Below are positions 30,951 to 37,494 of a stretch of DNA of 64,000 nucleotides, in pieces. Source of the stretch: Gammaproteobacteria bacterium (GTDB taxonomy: Bacteria; Pseudomonadota; Gammaproteobacteria; UBA4575); NCBI GenBank assembly GCA_965243395.1, contig CBDEUS010000002.1:107444-171443 (forward strand), in the 5' to 3' direction. The number at the start of each line of letters is the position of its first letter. Position 1 is the first letter of the stretch. The position numbers were made by a program, and so were the translations under genes. A model generated the notes under the pieces. It saw nothing but the letters and a program-made list of their open reading frames with translations, was not told the origin of the DNA and did not search any database.

Positions 30951-31337
30951 TCAGTTGTATTTTTTGCGATAGTTACTGGTAAAAGGTTGCGCAACAATTT
31001 GATAATCATCTTGATAGCGTATCCTTCCAATTTCCTCACATTTAATCATATCTACAGCAATACCTTTATTTTGTATTACAGAAAAGAGCTTCCACATAAC
31101 GCGTATATGCTCTTGTGCACTAGGTTTAAACCAACACAGGCAGCGATAGTTACCGGGTATCTTCAAAATAGGAGGCACAATTAAATTTCTATCAATCCAT
31201 CTAAACACATATTGAACTTCTTCATATTCATAATCAGTGAATGAATTGTTGTATTTTAGCTTGTACGCAAGATGTATTAGGCCTTGTTCATAACGTGACC
31301 TCCTGTCTTGGCACAGCCCAATAAATCGTAAGTACAT
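30951..31337 (-). CDS. hypothetical protein
   Basis: 128-aa ORF upstream of the SPFH gene. Confidence 0.4.
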   Translation of the reverse strand: MYLRFIGLCQDRRSRYEQGLIHLAYKLKYNNSFTDYEYEEVQYVFRWIDRNLIVPPILKIPGNYRCLCWFKPSAQEHIRVMWKLFSVIQNKGIAVDMIKCEEIGRIRYQDDYQIVAQPFTSNYRKKYN

Positions 31338-31426
31338 TTTTAATATCCATTTATATTATTTCTCAAATTTAATTAAATGACGCAGGCCCTCAAATAATAG
31401 AGGGCCTTTGTCAGTTTATACTCACG

Positions 31427-32575
31427 CTACCCATCAACTTTGATTTGTACCGTGTCTTTTAGGATGCCATCCAAACCTCCGAAGACAGTTAGTTTGTCTA
31501 CTTTGTCAGTGACTTTTTCCAACGTCTCCAACTCTTTCAAGCGCATCAAGGTTGGGTTGTCATCCATCAATTTCGCAGTGTTCAACAATGAACGTGTAGC
31601 TGCAGTTTCTTCACGTCTTTTAATGACATTTGCTTGCGCCACTTTTTCTGCTTGAACTACTTGGTTCAAGATATCTTTCATGTCGCCTGGCAAAATGACA
31701 TCTTTCACGCCAACGCTGCGAATTTCGATACCGTATTCAGATACGTTTGCTTTAACAGATTCGTAGACGTATTTGTCTAGTTCATCTTTAGTTACAAGCA
31801 ATGCATCCAAAGTGCGTGTACCAATTACCTGACGAAGTGCAAATTGCATTTCGCGGTAAATGTATCCAGCAAGGTCTACCAATTCATGACGCGCTTTAAT
31901 TGGGTCACGAATTTGATATTGAGCTGACAAGTTTGCACGTAGGCTAACTTTGTCTTTTGTCAAAACCTCTTGACCTTGCACTTCCATGCTTTGCATTCGC
32001 AAATCAACTTGTTCAACTATTACGTTGCGGTTGTATTTCCAGTATGCGTACAAGCCTGGTTGCAATGATTCTTTTAATTCACCATCCACAACCAATAGGC
32101 CAACATAGTTGTCTGCAACTTCTGCGATGTAAATTGAATTAATCAATTCACTTGGTACTTGTTTCGCACGTGTGTGCACAAACTGACCCACTTTATTTGC
32201 AGGCAATGCAAAATCTTCTGCAATATTTTGCACTTCAACTGTCATTTCAACTGGACCTTTCCAAAATAATTGGCGTGTACCAGGTGCTACAACAGTGCTC
32301 AATTGGCCACGTTGATAAACCAATCCAACTTCATATGCGTCGGTTTCAACAACTTGGAAGTATTTTGTTACTATCTCAGGTTGTTCTTTTACCAAGACAT
32401 CCACATATTTGTGGTTGAATTGCGCTTCCGTTACATCATAAATCTCGACTTGAATTCGGCCGAAAATATCGAAATATCGATATACGCCTGGTTCAAGCAC
32501 TTTTACAATGCTTCGGTTTTTCAAGTAAATTCCTCGCTCATGCTGCGCAATAACAATTCTTTTAAATCCGAACAT
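31427..32575 (-). CDS. SPFH/band-7 domain protein (soluble, no N-terminal TM)
   Basis: 382 aa; SPFH core then coiled-coil with DVILPGDMKDILNQVVQAEKVAQANVIKRREETAATR. Confidence 0.65.
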   Translation of the reverse strand: MFGFKRIVIAQHERGIYLKNRSIVKVLEPGVYRYFDIFGRIQVEIYDVTEAQFNHKYVDVLVKEQPEIVTKYFQVVETDAYEVGLVYQRGQLSTVVAPGTRQLFWKGPVEMTVEVQNIAEDFALPANKVGQFVHTRAKQVPSELINSIYIAEVADNYVGLLVVDGELKESLQPGLYAYWKYNRNVIVEQVDLRMQSMEVQGQEVLTKDKVSLRANLSAQYQIRDPIKARHELVDLAGYIYREMQFALRQVIGTRTLDALLVTKDELDKYVYESVKANVSEYGIEIRSVGVKDVILPGDMKDILNQVVQAEKVAQANVIKRREETAATRSLLNTAKLMDDNPTLMRLKELETLEKVTDKVDKLTVFGGLDGILKDTVQIKVDG

Positions 32576-32724
32576 AATTACTCCTTATTAAATAAAGTTT
32601 CGGGAAATGCTCCACATATAAATTGCGGGTAAACTCCTGTTGTAGTAACGGGTCTAAAATCTTTCGCATGTCATTGCGATACCCCAACTATCGCTTTGAA
32701 CATGTTTCAGTCTCTAGACTGGTT

Positions 32725-32740
32725 ATCACAAGCTTGTGAT
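32725..32740. promoter_or_regulatory. 16-bp perfect palindrome ATCACAAGCTTGTGAT upstream of the SPFH gene
   Basis: self-complementary 16-mer ~150 nt upstream of the SPFH start codon. Confidence 0.3.
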
Positions 32741-32836
32741 CACGCAGGCAATCTACATGTTGCGACATAAAAAACTCTCAACCGTAGTTGAGCTATTTGA
32801 AATGTCGCGGGAACATTTCCCTGGTTAGTGTTTTCA

Positions 32837-32895
32837 CACAAAATGCGGATTCGAACCGCAGGCTTTCGCCATTACCAATGAACAACGTTTAAAGT
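32837..32895 (-). other. tRNA-like remnant (T-arm TGCGG-ATTCGAA-CCGCA) without a foldable anticodon arm
   Basis: clear T-arm; downstream sequence does not form anticodon or D arms. Confidence 0.25.
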
Positions 32896-32897
32896 TG

Positions 32898-32969
32898 TCG
32901 AAAGAACAGGAATCGAACCTGCAACATTTCCGTTATCAGCGGAATGCTCTCCCTTTGAGCTATCTTTCA
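32898..32969 (-). tRNA. tRNA-Ile (anticodon GAU), CCA not encoded
   Basis: minus-strand cloverleaf: T-arm ACAGG-AATCGAA-CCTGC, anticodon arm TTCCG/TTATCAG/CGGAA (anticodon GAT), D-arm GCTC...GAGC. Confidence 0.55.
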
Positions 32970-33193
32970 CTGGTGTATCGGACCACTTACAACTTTGTAT
33001 ACACATTGCAATCACCTTTCGGCTTAGCTTTTGTGCACAGGTCTGAATTCAAGAATCAGATCCGCTAAGTAAATAAATGTCTCTCAATACTCATGAACTC
33101 AATGTTTATAAAACATCGAATTACAATTCTTTAAATACAGGTGACCTGCCCCATTGCAGGCCACCATTTTTCACGCCCCCTTTCTCCTAAAAT

Positions 33194-33760
33194 TTAACGT
33201 CGCTCTTTAGGACATTGTGTTTTCAAGAACGCCATTTGGTCTGCCAAAATTTTGCGGTTAGATAAAATCAATCCTTCTGCATAATTTGGCTCATATGGAA
33301 TTCCTAATAATGAAATTCCTATTCTTTCTGCCTCACTAGGCATTAAGCTATCTTTACGTGCATTACATGCACGGCATGCTGTAACCACATTCATCCATGT
33401 GTTTTTCCCACCACGTGATAGTGGAATCACATGATCGCGCGTTAAGCGATTTCGAGAATATTGATCACCGCAATACATGCACATGTAATCATCACGTCGA
33501 AACAATCTTGCATTTGTCAGTGCAGGCACTTCACGAATGTGGTCGTCTGATCGCATCACACCATGTGTTGCAACAATACTGTTCACATCAATAAATGAAC
33601 GAGTTCTTGTTCTGCGATTTACACCACCATGAATACGAAAAGAATTTGAACCCATTTCGTAAACAACTTGTTCTCGTGCATACACTAATGCTGCATATTC
33701 CCAGTTCATCCATTCAACTGGACGCCCAGCTACGTCTAAACGCAAAATTAAATTTTCCAT
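33194..33760 (-). CDS. HNH endonuclease (free-standing, within tRNA array)
   Basis: CMYCGDQYSRNRLTRDHVIPLSRGGKNTWMNVVTACRACNARK = HNH C-x2-C...H...N...C-x2-C motif. Confidence 0.8.
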   Translation of the reverse strand: MENLILRLDVAGRPVEWMNWEYAALVYAREQVVYEMGSNSFRIHGGVNRRTRTRSFIDVNSIVATHGVMRSDDHIREVPALTNARLFRRDDYMCMYCGDQYSRNRLTRDHVIPLSRGGKNTWMNVVTACRACNARKDSLMPSEAERIGISLLGIPYEPNYAEGLILSNRKILADQMAFLKTQCPKERR

Positions 33761-33820
33761 TTAACTTTTCTCTTTTATAAAGTTACTGTTTAACAATTTG
33801 GATGATTGAAGAGTTTAATT

Positions 33821-33897
33821 TGGTACGCAGCCCCAGATTTGAACTGGGAATCAAGTAGGTTTGAGCTACTCAGGTCTTCCAATTGCCTCAGCTGCGC
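33821..33897 (-). tRNA. class-I (77 nt) tRNA with Leu anticodon CAA
   Basis: TGG-T-acceptor ACGCAGC, T-arm CCCAG-ATTTGAA-CTGGG, 5-nt variable loop, anticodon arm AGTAG/GTTTGAG/CTACT (anticodon CAA, U33 A37), D-loop with GG, A73. Confidence 0.6.
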
Positions 33898-33909
33898 AAA
33901 AATTTAATT

Positions 33910-33986
33910 TGGTATCCCTGGCAAGATTCGAACTTGCAACATTCTGGTTTTAAGTCAGATGCGTCTTCCGGTTGCGCCACAGGGAC
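33910..33986 (-). tRNA. class-I (77 nt) tRNA with Leu anticodon UAA
   Basis: T-arm GCAAG-ATTCGAA-CTTGC, 5-nt variable loop, anticodon arm TCTGG/TTTTAAG/TCAGA (anticodon TAA), A73. Confidence 0.6.
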
Positions 33987-33997
33987 GTAATGTAATT

Positions 33998-34076
33998 TGG
34001 TAGCCACCCTCGGATTTGAACCGAGATGCACCATGTTCTAAGCATGGTAGGTATGCCAATTCCCGTCAGATGGCCA
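33998..34076 (-). tRNA. class-I (79 nt) tRNA with Leu anticodon UAG
   Basis: T-arm CTCGG-ATTTGAA-CCGAG, 5-nt variable loop, anticodon arm CCATG/TTCTAAG/CATGG (anticodon TAG); acceptor closes with two G-U pairs. Confidence 0.55.
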
Positions 34077-34118
34077 AAATTTTTATTTTTATAATTTAGT
34101 TATACATAAATTATGATT

Positions 34119-34193
34119 TGGTACCCCTAGTAAGATTCGAACTCACATCAACTGATTTAGAAGATCAGTGCTTTTCCAATTAAGCTATAGAGG
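34119..34193 (-). tRNA. tRNA-Arg (UCU)
   Basis: T-arm GTAAG-ATTCGAA-CTCAC, anticodon arm CTGAT/TTAGAAG/ATCAG. Confidence 0.65.
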
Positions 34194-34217
34194 TAAAAAA
34201 CTAATTGAATTATTTTT

Positions 34218-34313
34218 GGTACCCCAACCAAGATTCGAACTTGGATCTACCACTAATCTGGTGCGTGAATCACGGGATATAAATCCGCTGCTTTACCGTT
34301 AAGCTATTGGGGC
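34218..34313 (-). tRNA. 96-nt tRNA-like gene with intact acceptor, T and D arms but no canonical anticodon arm
   Basis: acceptor ACCCCAA/TTGGGGC, T-arm CCAAG-ATTCGAA-CTTGG, D-arm GCTT-TACCGTT-AAGC; 61 nt between T and D arms with only a CGTGA-A-TCACG mini-hairpin; best weak fold gives anticodon UAU. Confidence 0.4.
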
Positions 34314-34322
34314 AAAATTTTT

Positions 34323-34396
34323 TGGACACTCCGCTCAGAATTGAACTGAGTCCTCAAGGGTTGCAACCTTGCGTCTTGCCGATCGACCACGGAGTG
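34323..34396 (-). tRNA. tRNA-Cys (GCA)
   Basis: T-arm CTCAG-AATTGAA-CTGAG, anticodon arm CAAGG/GTTGCAA/CCTTG, U73 discriminator. Confidence 0.7.
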
Positions 34397-34472
34397 TTGG
34401 CACATCCGGAAAGATTTGAACTTTCATCTTTGGGTTTGGAGGCCAATGTTCTGCCAATTGAACTACAGATGC
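34397..34472 (-). tRNA. tRNA-Trp (CCA)
   Basis: T-arm GAAAG-ATTTGAA-CTTTC, anticodon loop TTTGGAG (anticodon CCA), D-arm GTTC-TGCCAATT-GAAC. Confidence 0.65.
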
Positions 34473-34474
34473 TC

Positions 34475-34550
34475 TGGCTGGGAGTCCTGGACTCGAACCA
34501 AGATCTCAAGAGTCAAAGTCTTGCGTCTTAACCAGTTAGACGAATTCCCA
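34475..34550 (-). tRNA. tRNA-Gln (UUG)
   Basis: T-arm CCTGG-ACTCGAA-CCAAG, anticodon arm CAAGA/GTCAAAG/TCTTG. Confidence 0.7.
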
Positions 34551-34559
34551 TTTTTGTTT

Positions 34560-34635
34560 TGGCGCGGTTGGAAAGACTCAAACTTTCATCTTCGACTTTC
34601 GTAGAGTCGTGCTTTATCCGATTAAGCTACAACCG
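34560..34635 (-). tRNA. tRNA-Arg (ACG)
   Basis: T-arm GAAAG-ACTCAAA-CTTTC, anticodon arm CGACT/TTCGTAG/AGTCG, acceptor GCGGTTG/CAACCGC. Confidence 0.7.
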
Positions 34636-34644
34636 CAAAAACTT

Positions 34645-34720
34645 TGGTAGCCCGAATCCGATTCGAACGGATAACTTTCGCTTTGTAAGAACGACACTCT
34701 GCCAATTGAGTTATCGGGCT
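34645..34720 (-). tRNA. tRNA-Val (UAC)
   Basis: T-arm ATCCG-ATTCGAA-CGGAT, anticodon loop TTGTAAG, acceptor AGCCCGA/TCGGGCT. Confidence 0.65.
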
Positions 34721-34728
34721 AAAATTTT

Positions 34729-34800
34729 TGGTAGTTACGGTTAGAATCGAACTAACAAGTCCAGGGTTATGAGCCCTAGCCGAAGACCACTTCCGTAACT
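34729..34800 (-). tRNA. tRNA-Met (CAU), initiator-like anticodon stem, shortened D-arm
   Basis: RNA anticodon arm TAGGG-CTCATAA-CCCTG (GGG/CCC stem as in initiators); only 12 nt between anticodon arm and acceptor (4-bp stem, 4-nt loop); total 72 nt. Confidence 0.5.
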
Positions 34801-34808
34801 AAAGTATT

Positions 34809-34882
34809 TGGTGGATCCAGTAGGAGTCGAACCTACCTCTGCGGGTTAAAAGCCCGCTGCACAACCGCTATGCCATAGATCC
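34809..34882 (-). tRNA. tRNA-Lys (UUU)
   Basis: T-arm GTAGG-AGTCGAA-CCTAC, anticodon arm GCGGG/TTAAAAG/CCCGC. Confidence 0.7.
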
Positions 34883-34883
34883 T

Positions 34884-34959
34884 TGGCACGCCTGAAAGGA
34901 GTTGAACCTTTATCTCACTGGTTCGAAGCCAGTGGCTCTTCCAATTAAGCTACAGACGT
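34884..34959 (-). tRNA. tRNA-Arg (UCG)
   Basis: T-arm AAAGG-AGTTGAA-CCTTT, anticodon arm ACTGG/TTCGAAG/CCAGT. Confidence 0.65.
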
Positions 34960-34961
34960 AT

Positions 34962-35052
34962 TGGCGGAGAAGAACAGATTCGAACTGTTGAATGAAAAAT
35001 TTCCATCCCTCCTTTAGCAAAGGAGTGCTTTAAACCACTCAGCCACTTCTCC
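34962..35052 (-). tRNA. tRNA-Ser (GCU), class II
   Basis: 91 nt; T-arm AACAG-ATTCGAA-CTGTT, 19-nt variable arm, anticodon arm CTCCT/TTAGCAA/AGGAG. Confidence 0.7.
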
Positions 35053-35112
35053 AATTTATAATTTGCAGCGCTTCGCGATATTTAATTTGCGAGTAATACC
35101 CACTCGCAAGCG

Positions 35113-35188
35113 TGGGGTGAACTACCGGACTCGAACCGGTATCTACCAGATTCACGTTCTGGGGCTTTGCCATTAAGCTAAGCTCACC
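35113..35188 (-). tRNA. tRNA-His (GUG) with encoded G-1 and C73
   Basis: T-arm ACCGG-ACTCGAA-CCGGT, anticodon arm CCAGA/TTCACGT/TCTGG (anticodon GTG, position 33 = C), C73, extra 5' G at 35188. Confidence 0.65.
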
Positions 35189-35199
35189 ATAATTATTTT

Positions 35200-35291
35200 T
35201 GGCGGAAGGCGGAGGGCACGATCCCCACCAACTAAAAAGCCAGCCACCAGTTTTCAAGACTGGGACACCCCCACTGGGTGAATCACCTTCC
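35200..35291 (-). tRNA. tRNA-Ser (UGA), class II, non-canonical T-loop
   Basis: 92 nt; anticodon arm CCAGT/TTTCAAG/ACTGG; T-loop reads GCACGAT rather than ATTCGAA. Confidence 0.5.
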
Positions 35292-35316
35292 TTATATATG
35301 TAAATTTGGAGCGGAT

Positions 35317-35391
35317 AATCGGATTCGAACCGATATTTATGGTTTGGAAGACCATCACTCTGCCAATTGAGTTATACCCGCAGATTTGGTC
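35317..35391 (-). tRNA. tRNA-Gly (UCC)
   Basis: T-arm ATCGG-ATTCGAA-CCGAT, anticodon arm ATGGT/TTGGAAG/ACCAT. Confidence 0.7.
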
Positions 35392-35396
35392 TGAGT

Positions 35397-35474
35397 GGCT
35401 GGATTCGAACCAACGACCTCTCGCTTCCAAGGCGAGTACTCTGCCCAGGCTGAGCTACACTCAGAGAATTAATT
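35397..35474 (-). tRNA. tRNA-Pro (UGG)
   Basis: T-arm GCTGG-ATTCGAA-CCAAC, anticodon arm CTCGC/TTCCAAG/GCGAG, acceptor CTGAGTG/CACTCAG. Confidence 0.65.
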
Positions 35475-35491
35475 AAATATAAAAAATTATT

Positions 35492-35567
35492 TGGTGCATC
35501 GAGTTGGACTTGAACCAACGACCACACGATTATCGGTCGTGCGCTCTACCAACTGAGCTATCGATGC
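35492..35567 (-). tRNA. tRNA-Ile (GAU)
   Basis: canonical D-arm GCTCTACCAACTGAGC, T-arm GTTGG-ACTTGAA-CCAAC, anticodon arm CACGA/TTATCGG/TCGTG (anticodon GAT, position 33 = C), acceptor GCATCGA/TCGATGC. Confidence 0.7.
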
Positions 35568-35568
35568 T

Positions 35569-35644
35569 TGGTGTTCCTGACCAGAATTGAACTGGCATCT
35601 CGAGTTTGAAAGACTCGTGACCTCACCATTAGTCGACAGGAACT
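35569..35644 (-). tRNA. tRNA-Glu (UUC)
   Basis: anticodon arm CGAGT/TTGAAAG/ACTCG, acceptor GTTCCTG/CAGGAAC. Confidence 0.7.
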
Positions 35645-35657
35645 AATAAAATATTTT

Positions 35658-35733
35658 TGGCGGACCCGATCGGACTCAAACCGACATCCCCTTTATCGAC
35701 AGTAAAGTGCTTTATCAATTAAGCTACGAATCC
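35658..35733 (-). tRNA. tRNA-Asp (GUC)
   Basis: anticodon arm CTTTA/TCGACAG/TAAAG, T-arm ATCGG-ACTCAAA-CCGAC. Confidence 0.65.
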
Positions 35734-36088
35734 AACTTTTGTTTAAAGGTTGAGACTATGCCTTTAAAAATCACTCTTTTGTTGAAGTACCTAACGCATT
35801 GCTGTGCGATAGTTGCCAACGTGTCCACATTACCCTGGTTGCTCCAGCGATTATGTTAGTGATCATGACTGCTTTTTTTAAAGTGTAGCGATTCACTTGT
35901 CGCGTTAATCTATTCAGCTATTCACTTACCGAGAACCTTGCCAGGCTCTAAACGGAGGCTATCCGAACGTGCAATGAAGTAACTAAAGTTCTTTGGCTTG
36001 CGACCGCAGAATCTTCCATGTTCCCAAGTGGGCATGGACTTAAGTCATTTTCAATTAACACCGAGACGCGTCTTTGCGTTTCACCGTA
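35734..36088 (-). other. 355-nt non-coding spacer inside the tRNA array; candidate structured or stable RNA
   Basis: no minus-strand ORF, no recognisable tRNA; short palindromes AGACGCGTCT and TGATCA. Confidence 0.25.
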
Positions 36089-36165
36089 TGGTGATCTATG
36101 TGGGAGTCGAACCCACGACCTATTGATTCTAAGTCAATCGCTCTACCAATCTGAGCTAAAAGATC
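36089..36165 (-). tRNA. class-I (77 nt) tRNA with Leu anticodon UAG (second copy)
   Basis: T-arm GTGGG-AGTCGAA-CCCAC, 5-nt variable loop, anticodon arm ATTGA/TTCTAAG/TCAAT (anticodon TAG), canonical D-arm, A73. Confidence 0.6.
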
Positions 36166-36605
36166 AGGTACTACTAAGACGTGCACGTCTCAGTTGCTTC
36201 ATTATTTTTTGAATAACGAAATACAACACGCCTTTTGTCTTTCCTCTGCCGAGTACTTAACCGAATATTCGGATCATGGCTTCCACCCATTTCCCTAATA
36301 ATCTGCACAACCGCACTTGTCTGCAAAACTCGTACTATGTTGTACTACCTGTTATCTCTCGTAGTACGCAATCTAGTATCACGGGTTACAGCACTACCTG
36401 TATCTTTCTCACGACCCGTATTCCCAAGTAAACCTGGTACGTCAATCGTGGTACTTCCGCGTATTGCTTGGCTACTATTGCCGATTGAATTACGACAACA
36501 TGGAGACCAGGCTTGCTTGGTTTGACCTACTTTGAAAAGTGGGCGAAATACCGTAGTCGTATTCCTTTCCTATCGTTGCCGATAGTTATCGTGCCAAGCC
36601 ACATA
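36166..36605 (-). other. 440-nt non-coding spacer inside the tRNA array; candidate ncRNA
   Basis: no minus-strand ORF; 14-bp perfect palindrome AGACGTGCACGTCT at 36176-36189; + strand ORFs here are antisense and implausible. Confidence 0.25.
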
Positions 36606-36681
36606 TTTGGTGGAGGATCACGGATTTGAACCGTGCGCCTTCTGTTTGCAATACAGACGCTCTGCCAACTGAGCTAATCCC
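36606..36681 (-). tRNA. tRNA-Ala (UGC) with G3:U70
   Basis: anticodon arm TCTGT/TTGCAAT/ACAGA; acceptor strands GGGGGAT/ATCCTCC give the G3:U70 Ala identity pair. Confidence 0.75.
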
Positions 36682-36690
36682 CCAAACTTA

Positions 36691-36765
36691 TTTGGCTGCG
36701 ACGGTTGGACTCGAACCAACATTGCTTCGCTTAACAGACGAATGTTCTACCATTGAACTACATCG
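36691..36765 (-). tRNA. tRNA-Asn (GUU)
   Basis: anticodon arm TTCGC/TTAACAG/ACGAA, T-arm GTTGG-ACTCGAA-CCAAC. Confidence 0.65.
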
Positions 36766-36775
36766 CAATTATATT

Positions 36776-36852
36776 TGGTGCATCAGGATGGATTCGAACC
36801 ACCATCGCGTCGGGCTTCAACCGACCGCTCTACCCATTGGAGCTACCGATGC
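36776..36852 (-). tRNA. tRNA-Phe (GAA); sequence differs from the att-site Phe fragments
   Basis: anticodon arm GTCGG/GCTTCAA/CCGAC, D-arm GCTCTACCCATTGGAGC; its T-arm and acceptor differ from the 14005/47417 repeats. Confidence 0.7.
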
Positions 36853-36860
36853 AAAAATAA

Positions 36861-36945
36861 TTGGTGGAGAGAGATGGATTCGAACCACCACGCTAATAAT
36901 TAGCACTGGGTTACAGCCAGCGTGTCTCACCAATGACTGTCTCTC
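36861..36945 (-). tRNA. tRNA-Tyr (GUA), class II
   Basis: 85 nt; 15-nt variable hairpin ACGCTAATAATTAGC; anticodon arm ACTGG/GTTACAG/CCAGC. Confidence 0.65.
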
Positions 36946-36959
36946 CTAAAGTTAAAACT

Positions 36960-37035
36960 GGAGCTGGTGATAGGCGTCGAACCTACAACCTACTGCTTAC
37001 AAAGCAGTTGCTCTGCCATTTGAGCTACACCAGCA
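36960..37035 (-). tRNA. tRNA-Thr (UGU)
   Basis: anticodon arm ACTGC/TTACAAA/GCAGT, acceptor GCTGGTG/CACCAGC. Confidence 0.7.
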
Positions 37036-37039
37036 AAAA

Positions 37040-37075
37040 ATATGGGACAGTCGCACATGCGCACAACTCAACTTA
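37040..37075 (-). promoter_or_regulatory. candidate sigma-70 promoter for the tRNA array
   Basis: minus strand reads TTGTGC-N18-TATTTT about 7 nt upstream of the first tRNA 5' end; weak match. Confidence 0.25.
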
Positions 37076-37161
37076 GGAGTTGGGCATAATTTAAAAATTA
37101 AATTACGCACTGCCCCGCCTACTTCAATCATCCAAATTGTTAAAGAGCTACTGCCAGGACT

Positions 37162-37204
37162 AAAAAACCCCGGAAGGCGAACCTAACCGGGGTTTTATTT
37201 TGAT
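37162..37204. terminator. bidirectional rho-independent terminator hairpin
   Basis: AAAAAACCCCGGAAGGCGAACCTAACCGGGGTTTTATTTT: 8-bp GC-rich stem flanked by an A-run and a T-run; separates gene 37495-38148 from the tRNA array. Confidence 0.6.
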
Positions 37205-37494
37205 TCCGGAAGGCTCGCAACGCGCACCCTCCGAATTAATTTGGAAGGTACTACGTAATTGGGTCCTCTAAGGTGGCCCCAATAAAATTATTTGTGCCGA
37301 GATTCGATATCTCATGCACAGCAACACACCACAAAAAACACGACGGCTTTAATAACCGCTGCATTAGTTGCGCTGAAAAACTAGTTGTATATGTACTTCT
37401 ATTCATAGTGCGCGAAAGTCTAATGATATGGATTTTAAAGTCAAGTAATATTTTACTAAGTAAAGTGTGAATTTACGCCCAATTATCGGCCAAA

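Noticed and set aside
33143-33180. Hairpin GGTGACCTGCCCCATTGCAGGCCACC followed by T-run, possible terminator upstream of HNH
   Set aside because: Oriented as a plus-strand terminator where no plus-strand gene exists; a minus-strand function is not supported by a U-tract. Left unannotated.
34307-36949. Plus-strand ORFs of 60-107 aa inside the tRNA array (34307-34531, 34416-34604, 34559-34744, 36018-36212, 36235-36525, 36626-36949) and minus ORF 35039-35257
   Set aside because: Each overlaps one or more well-folded minus-strand tRNA genes and reads their antisense; no start context or domain. These are by-products of stop-codon-poor tRNA sequence.
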